Of a stretch of DNA of 64,000 nucleotides, positions 56,536 through 64,000 are shown piece by piece. The stretch lies in the NCBI GenBank assembly GCA_905178155.1, contig CAJINV010000004.1, positions 1,047,536-1,111,535 on the forward strand. The letters are read 5' to 3'. The stretch is from Amoebophrya sp. A120 (Eukaryota > Protista > Dinoflagellata). Made by a program: the position numbers and the translations under genes. How positions within the stretch are numbered: position 1 is the stretch's first letter; each line of letters begins with the position of its first letter. The notes beneath the pieces were generated by a model. It saw only the letters and a list, made by a program, of their open reading frames with translations, was not told the origin of the DNA and did no database searches.

Positions 56536-58552
56536 GATTTTACAACTTATCTATTTTTCGTGGACCACGTTCGTGAGCTGACGCAACACCGGTTCTTTTT
56601 GTTCCTTGTTCTAGGCTACGGCACCGGCCTTATTTTCCGAAAAGAAATTAACGTCCACAACCCCGCCACAACTGTATCTTTTAGCTGGACGATGGTACCA
56701 CAACCACGACCGGTGAATCGAAAATGACGCGCCGGTGGTCCTGGTGCCGAAAGTCATATTTTCATCTCGTCCGCGATAAGTAACAACCCCAGGCGTGCCA
56801 TGGAATCTTCATGGATGCAGCTTTGAGCCGTACTTCTTCTATGCGTGCGACTGAAAGCATTGGTAAAAAAATCGAAAATAAACTGGTGGTCACAGGAGTC
56901 ACAGTCAGTGAAGAGAGGTTTTCAAGAAAATAAAACAAGACGAGATTGTTGTTATTTTTATCGGCGGATCTTGGTACTCTGTTAACATACCGCTCCAGCA
57001 GAAGACACTTGTCGATGGTGGCCTCGAAGATGTTGTCGCTGAAATAACGGAAGAAATTTCTTGGAGCTCCACTCGACGTCCTGGCGCCGTGGCCTACAGA
57101 ACGAACAACAAACAACTCAATGCAAACTCAAATCACAAAAACAAAAACCTTCGGGAGGATCATCTGCATGCGGTCAATTCATTGAAAGCAGGTCAGATCT
57201 CCTCGTCTGGTCGGTGGGCCCCCAACGCGCGTTGGTGGATCTAGTATAGTGATCTCAAAGAAGGATGTATTTCTTGAGCGCGATGATCTCAATAAAGAAG
57301 GATCAGCTGCGCAGCCGGGGCCGGCCGCTACAGAAAAAGTACTGTCGTCCATAAGAGTTGTGGCTGGAGTCACTCTGTGCTGATCACAAAGCAGATCTTC
57401 ATCTTGGTGGTCCCGCTCACATTCAGAAATCGATGTGTCCTGCTGTGAGACTTATTGGATCTTTGCGCGATGTTGGAATGGCCAACAGGTGCAGCTGTGG
57501 ATTCGGCTGCATCTTCCTCTCCGAGCTTGTTCGTGGTTGCAGATGAAGATGCTATATTTAGAAAAATCCTCGTCGGCCCGCCTCGGGAAGTGGAACAGGG
57601 GACCGAATTGGGATTGTGTCCGCTTTTCATCTCGGCATCTTCTCCTTCTTGTTCGGAGTACACCTTGTTTAGGACAACAAATTACTCTGTCGATGATGAT
57701 GAAGATGTACACACCAGGGAAGTAGAGCAGGCAACATCTTCAAGGGGACATCAACATCAACATGGTCCCCAAGAAGCACCACGACAATTATGGATTGCCG
57801 CGGATTTTCTTTCACTTGCCTGCTCTTCACACGATCCGAGTGCCTCCTGAACTACTAGATGTTCTTGCTGACAGAGTGTAATTGTGATACCACGAGTTAG
57901 AGCCCAGGCGATCTTGCTCCACTTCTTCGTTTTAGTGCTCTCTTAAAGTTAAAGCTAAGCTGGTAAAAAAAAATCAGAAAAACAACAAAATGCTGTAAAA
58001 GAGGTAAACAAAGTTTGAGTGCATGCGAAAACGGACCTAGATTTTTGTAGACTTCGTGAAGAGCCTTTCGTATAATCAGTTCAATCAATCGGTAACCGAA
58101 GCTGTATGTGTATATTTTTCAAACAATAAATTCACTGACATCCCATTCCTTAATTGACAGAAGTACACCACCAGGTGCAGCTGTGGGTGACTCTGGCGCC
58201 TTGTTCTCGCCGTCTCGAGATGATAATAAATACTGATAGTGTACTTAGCTTTAGCTCCTCTCCTCGGTTGCATAAAAAGGATCCTTGATAGATAAAAGAA
58301 AGGGAACAAACCAATCGTCTGCTCCTATGCTCAAACGCAAATAATTTTGCATGTCAGGCAAGAGGAGCGATGCGTGGGCGTGGCTATGCAATACAAAGCC
58401 CAGAGTCAACAACATGCCAGACGAGCTGCGGCACAAATCCTCGCTCGGCAAAAATATGTCTCGTCCTCGTCCCGTGTGGTCGACAAGACGAAGGTCATCT
58501 CGCTCTACTTCGCCACCAGGATCATGTTGGCTGCGTTCTTGGCTCCGAGCTG

Positions 58553-58640
58553 CCTAGCAGCAACTCACGAAGCTGCCAAAGCCGTGGCCGGTGCAGCAGG
58601 TGTAGATGAGTTTCTTCCCCAGTTTTTCTCCTTTCTTCTT
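58553..58640. repeat. Third, partial copy of the duplicated exon (KLIYTCCTGHGFGSF)
   Basis: ctagcagcaactcacgaagctgccaaagccgtggccggtgcagcaggtgtagatgagtttctt is identical to the sequence from 62437 onward and similar to that from 60150 onward. Confidence 0.85.
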
Positions 58641-60149
58641 CGTTCTACAACTACCCAGCTTTGCCAATCCTGTCAGAGCCGCTCCCCCCTTTGTTCACAC
58701 AACGAACAAAGCGCGGAGCCTGCTACTTGCGGATTGATGAGTGTAATTTGTTGACACTACGAATTTTTAAAGCGTTTTGACTATTTTGCTCATTTCTTAT
58801 TTATTCCCACTGAACAACTACTATATTACCCAGCAAGCAAGGTAGAGGTCCGCCGTCGGATCCACCTTGGCTCGCGGGACCAATTCTAAGTACGTGAAGA
58901 TTCGGCCGTTGGCACAGGTTTTGTTTAGGAGTCCCAACAAGATGACCTCCCACTGCGGCCACGGATCCATGTAGATGAGATTGCAACTACCGAAGATTTT
59001 TTCTAGAACAGTTCTTGGAATTTGATTTGTTCTTCAGCTCTACTGCTCATCTTTTCGTCCAGGCGAAATACTACCAGCGCCTTGGAAGTAGATACACTCC
59101 CGATTTTTTTTTTAGCAAAATACCACACCGGGTTTGCTTGTTCAGACCCTGCTGTGACACCTTGCTTTTTTCCACCATTATTTCGAAAAAGTAGGCACAA
59201 AGAAGTAGTCGAGATTGTTGAAAGAAACACGACCTTTGTACCAAAGTAAGTCTCGTCTCACAACTCTGCTTTTCACCCACTTTGATACCTTGCTTTGTTT
59301 TCTGAGAATTGGCTCTGGATTTTTTAACTTTTGTTGTTATCACGACATGGACGTAAAAAAATTCACTTTTTCTCACTGAAGACATAGTCACGACTTTTTT
59401 TTCAAAATAAGTCATCACCGCTAATAGTTTGCCAGAAAGATATGCGCGTCTCACCGATGCATTCTCTTGTCTCACCGCCATCTCATATTACGTTTTCACC
59501 TTTTTCTTTTTCACCGCCTAGTTAAGATACTACCGAAAATTAATATTGCAGCATAGTACGGACGATTTGTAAGGAGCACGACGACAATTGAGATTGAAAA
59601 ACTTGAACTGTTTTTCCGTTTTCACTCACTATTTTACGAGGCCGTTGTAAAGGAAGTACGCGATGAAAGTTTCGTCTGGAAAGGAAGTACGTGTCTGCCA
59701 CGTGATCGCGTGGCATTTGGCACTAAAACTTGAAGCTGAAAACAAGCATCAAACTCGGTGTAAAACTTGTTGAATATTATCGCGCGTATTGCTCGATTTT
59801 TACTGAATCTTGGTACATCAAACACTTGTACCATCTTAAAGGCACATCAAGATGTCTGCCGCAACCGCAGACGTGTCGTCTCAGGACGATGATAGTGCAA
59901 CTCTGATGCTCCGCCTGGCCTCCATGGGCTACAAAGCCGATGCAGACGCTCCGGGGACCAGCGGTGGGATAAGTTCCGGCACAGAAAATCATCCAACGAA
60001 TAATGCGGGGGAAGAGGTGGATATTGCGAGTGGCGCCACGAAAACAGGCACCGGCTCTCAACTGATCGGGTATAACATGCTTTTTTTTGAGAAAAATGGA
60101 AAATTGAAATCTTGATCTTCCGTGAAAGATCTCTAGTAGGTGTGTTGCT

Positions 60150-61646
60150 GAAGCTGTCAAAGCCGTGGCCGGTGCAGCAGGTGTAGATGAGTTTCTTCGA
60201 TTGTTTTTTCGATTCTTTTTCCGTCCGTGGCGGTTCCGCAGGCAAATTCAAAGTTGCTGACGCCGCCGCCGGATTGTACTGCGCGTTTGCATTGCCGCCA
60301 ACTTCTTCGGATCCGTTGCTGCAAACTTCGTCCTTGTCATGATACGGTTTGCCAGTCAAGGGATTTATCTGCGTCACCATGGCAAAAAACTCCCCACAAG
60401 TCTTGGGTGGTTCGTCGGCAGCCTGGGTTTTTCCCTGACCGTGAGCAACACTGATGCGTATCACCAGCAAATAGTGATGTGGGTTCGCAAGATCGTTGTA
60501 GCATGTGCCATGCACATGCTTGTCTGGCACAGCTCTCAGCTCTCTACTAATACAGGCGCATGATGAAGTAGAGATCCTGGTCCTGCTCCGCTGACCCATA
60601 AATATAATGCGCAAACGCAACGCCTCATGCAAAATACGCAGCACATCATAGCAAGGGAAAATCAAAGAAACTGGTCTTGCTTCGCTGCGTAAGGTTTGTG
60701 CGGCAGTGCGGGTGCGGCCATCATAGTTTACAACATTCAGAGAATTGCATCACGACCTAGCAGACCCAGCCAAATTTGCATTCGATAACGCGATATCCAA
60801 GACAAAAACTGTAATTAATACACCCACACCCTCAGCAGAGAGAGATGCCAAAAATCGTGCGTTACCCAGTTTTTTCTTGTTGTGTTACAGAAAGAAAAAA
60901 CCGCCTGTGGTTCTTCAGTATCGTTGTTCAATTTTATTGCATTGCGGCGCTTTTCTTTGACTTTGACTCTGTCGTTTCATTTATGATAGATTAATATCTT
61001 CATCTCGCATTGCATGACATATTCTGCATTTTGCTTACCAGTACCGTAGGTTTGTATTTTTTTGAAAGAATCTAAGTTCATCAAATTTGACAGCATTATC
61101 ACAACATATTCTTTTTCGTCTCCGCTGGTCCTGGTCCTGCTTCTATGTGTTGTGTATAATTTGCTTGTTTCTGCTTGGATATGCGACTCAGCAGCTGCGC
61201 CACGTCCACGCCCGCCACCGCCTCGGGACCCCCTGCTCCGTTGAAGGCGGCGCCACCACCCAGAATACCCATCGTTCGGCGAAACTTCATTTTGACCCTC
61301 GAGATGAAACGCGACGGCGAAAATTTCAACAAGTTCAGGTGAAATAGCAAGGTGCAAAACAAAGGCGTAGAAATTGAAAATGAAATCGTAAAGGATCAGA
61401 AAATAAATGTTCGAATATGTTTTGAGTGCTGATTTGTCAAATGAGGAAGTTGTAGGGACCTGCTTGGAAAAGGGAGATGATGATGAAGCAAAGAAGGGAC
61501 GTGGTAAGAGATACAACGTATTTCAACATGCTCGTCCTCCTTTTCCTTGTATAACAATATCATGATGATGTAAGTACCCAACCGGGGGGTCAAAGAAATA
61601 AGATTAAGAACTTCATTTCCTGTTCATCGCATGCAAAAACTAAACC
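60150..61646 (-). repeat. Tandem duplication, copy 1; exons of a small Cys-containing, probably secreted protein
   Basis: Colinear with 62452-64000; shared peptides GGNANAxYNPAAASAT, KKLIYTCCTGHGF and ELVEIxAVAFHLEGQNEVSPNDG. Full exon structure not resolved. Confidence 0.8.
60459..60787. mobile_element. Old family A-like introner shared by both duplicates
   Basis: tatcaccagcaaatagtgatgtgggtt...gacccagccaaatttgcattcgata; TSD atgcg/acgcg. Confidence 0.75.
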
Positions 61647-62765
61647 GCGCACCACACCGAGATTCCAGTTCCACACATCACAAACGTACGACGAATACAA
61701 CTACCGATGTGATTCATTTTACCGCGACAAGACCGATCCGTTATAACTTTCCATTTGTTCCACATCAAGAACGAGACCGATGAGTAGAGCAGTCCTCTCC
61801 TCCAATGACCGACACTACACGAGCACAACCACACGAGGACGCATTGGCATTTTGGATACACATATGGTAATTGATTCTTCATATCACCGACATACTTTTG
61901 GTCCGAATTAAACCGAGTTGGAGTTGTGATGTCACTTTGCTGGACGACATGGAAACAAATTATCGTAGTCTTTAGGAGGTGTTGTACTTGTTTCTCTTGG
62001 AAGATTCGTCGGTGGATGTTCTGAAGAAATAAAGAAGTCCAACAGCTAGGGCAAACCGATCACTACTCAGACTACTTAGTGCATCACCATTTTCATTCCC
62101 GTTCGCTTGCCTGTGCTGGAGGAAATTAGAATTAAATTGCAAAGTATCCATCGATCGGGCCGTGTGTTGCTTTCGGTTGTAAAGAGGTGTCAAAAGGGTT
62201 GATAATGGGACGTAACGGTCACCTGTACCTGGTCCTGGAAAGTACATCAAGTTCAAGTATTGTATGCATTTACAATAAATTTCAACCTTTGAATCGATAG
62301 ATGGTGAGATCGACTTCAGTAAAGTTCTTTCGTTGTTCGACATGAAGGTAAAATGAATCAATCATGTGCAGATCACTTCTTTGCGCCTCTGGCTCTGCTC
62401 CCCGGCGCGAGGCTTTCCTCGTCCCAAGTAGCACAACTAGCAGCAACTCACGAAGCTGCCAAAGCCGTGGCCGGTGCAGCAGGTGTAGATGAGTTTCTTG
62501 CTCTCTTTTTTTCCTTCTTCTTCGTTGCCGGGGGCTTCTTTAGGCAGCGTATAAGTTGCTGACGCTGCCGCCGGGTTGTACCTCGCGTTTGCATTGCCAC
62601 CAGCATTTTTTGAAGTCATGCTGCAAAATTCATCCTTGGACACCTGAGTCTCGGTCTGGGAGGATACAATCGAGGATAATTCCGAGAAGATTTCGTCACA
62701 CGTCCCGGTTTGGCCGGGGCCGAACCCCTGCTGCGTCTCCCCAGTACCATGAGAAGTGCCGACGC

Positions 62766-62919
62766 TATGAATTGCAAAAGTATCGTACTCGTATAAATGC
62801 ATTAGTTACAAATTTCCTCAGCATGAAAAATGAAATTTGTAATGCTGATTTGCCTTAAGAGAGAGATTTGTAAACGCATGACTGCAATTACTACGAGTAC
62901 GATACTTTTGCACTGGATA
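62766..62919. mobile_element. TIR introner, family C; present only in duplicate copy 2
   Basis: tatgaattgcaaaagtatcgtactcgta...tacgagtacgatacttttgcactggata; TSD gacgc. Confidence 0.93.
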
Positions 62920-62925
62920 GACGCG

Positions 62926-63200
62926 TATCAACTGCAAATATCTATCTGGTCCGGCAGTCATGCTTGTCTGACACAGCTCTCAGCTAATGCAGGCGCACGA
63001 AGTAGAGCTCCGCTGACCGGTAAAAATGCACAAACACAACGCCCCATGCAAAATACGCAGCACATAGCAACAGGAAAACTGGTCTTGCTTGGCTGCGCGG
63101 CAAGATTTGCATTCGTGTCGCAGTGCTGCGCCCATCATAATTACATCATTCAGATAATTGCGTCACGACCTAGCAGACCCAGACAGACTTAAATTCGATA
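62926..63200. mobile_element. Old family A-like introner, paralogous to 60459-60787
   Basis: tatcaactgcaaatat...gacccagacagacttaaattcgata; TSD acgcg/atgcg. Confidence 0.75.
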
Positions 63201-64000
63201 ATGCGATATCCAAGACAAAAGCTGTACAATTACAGCCTCAGCAGAGAGAGATGCCAAATCAAGTAAGCGCAATCGTGATGTGTGACGCATTTTCTTGTGT
63301 CACAGAAAGAAAAAAGCGCCTGTAGTTCTTCAGCGTTCTTTCTGTTCAATTTTATTGCATTGTGGCGCTTTTCTTTGATTCTGTCGTTTCATTATCATCG
63401 TGATCTCGCAGTGCATGACATATTCTGCATTCATGCTTACCAGCGCCGTAGTTTTGCATGTAATCTAATTTCGTCTAATTTGACGGCATTTTCATCATAT
63501 CATCCTGATCTTTTTCATCTCCGCTGGTCTTGCTATTTTGGGTTGTGTAGAATTTGCTTGCCTCTTGGATATGCGACTCAGCAGCTGCGCCACGTCCACG
63601 CCCGCCACCGCCTTGGGACCCCCTGCTCCGTTGAAGGCGGCGCCACCACCCAGAATTCCCATCGTTCGGCGAAACTTCATTTTGGCCCTCGAGATGAAAC
63701 GCGACGGCCAAAATCTCAACAAGTTGAGGCGATATAGCAAGCTGCAAAGCAAAGGCGTAGAAATTGAAAATGAAATCGTAAGGGATCAGAAAATAAATGT
63801 TCAGTAAGTTTTGAGTGCTGATTTGTCAAATGTGGAAGTTGTAGGGACCTGCTTGGAAACGGGAGATGATGATGAAGCAAAGAAGGGACGTAAGAGATAT
63901 AACGTATTTCATCATGCTCATCATGCTCCTCCTTTTCCTTGTTGACAGTATTAAAGAAATAAGGATTTATTTCGTGTTCATCGCATGCAAAAACTAAACG

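Larger units (their letters stand above)
62452..64000 (-). repeat. Tandem duplication, copy 2 (may continue beyond the window)
   Basis: Colinear with 60150-61646. Confidence 0.8.

Noticed and set aside
56762-60115. Short ORFs on both strands as genes
   Set aside because: No coherent frame, domain or splice chain could be built; they may be 3' exons or remnants of the tandem family.

Overview
Eukaryotic genomic DNA, most likely from a syndinean dinoflagellate of the Amoebophrya type. This assignment is inferred from gene architecture, not from a marker gene. Every credible gene is on the - strand. The dominant signal is 31 short non-coding elements, mostly 136-345 bp, with three enlarged to 466 bp, ~1.2 kb and 1.65 kb. 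They have terminal inverted repeats (TIRs) beginning TAT and ending ATA and are flanked by a 5-bp target-site duplication (TSD). All lie inside coding sequence. Removing element + one TSD copy restores the reading frame at every junction I traced by hand, although GT-AG ends are usually impossible, so they look like transposon-derived non-canonical introns (introners). This joins the fragmented ORF track into four long genes: ~2902 aa low-complexity (1608-16015), ~1207 aa low-complexity (32408-38244), ~1468 aa with repeated RlaP/YcgL-like Pol-beta nucleotidyltransferase domains (44806-50043) and ~1137 aa ankyrin-like (51975-56535). The window also holds an introner-free ~3757 aa DUF6606/DUF3638/DUF3645-like gene, a broken PAN/apple-like membrane protein locus and ordinary GT-AG introns. 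Two introners carry nested insertions, and a tandem gene duplication gives a filled-versus-empty introner site. Domain calls are motif recognition by eye; no searches were run.
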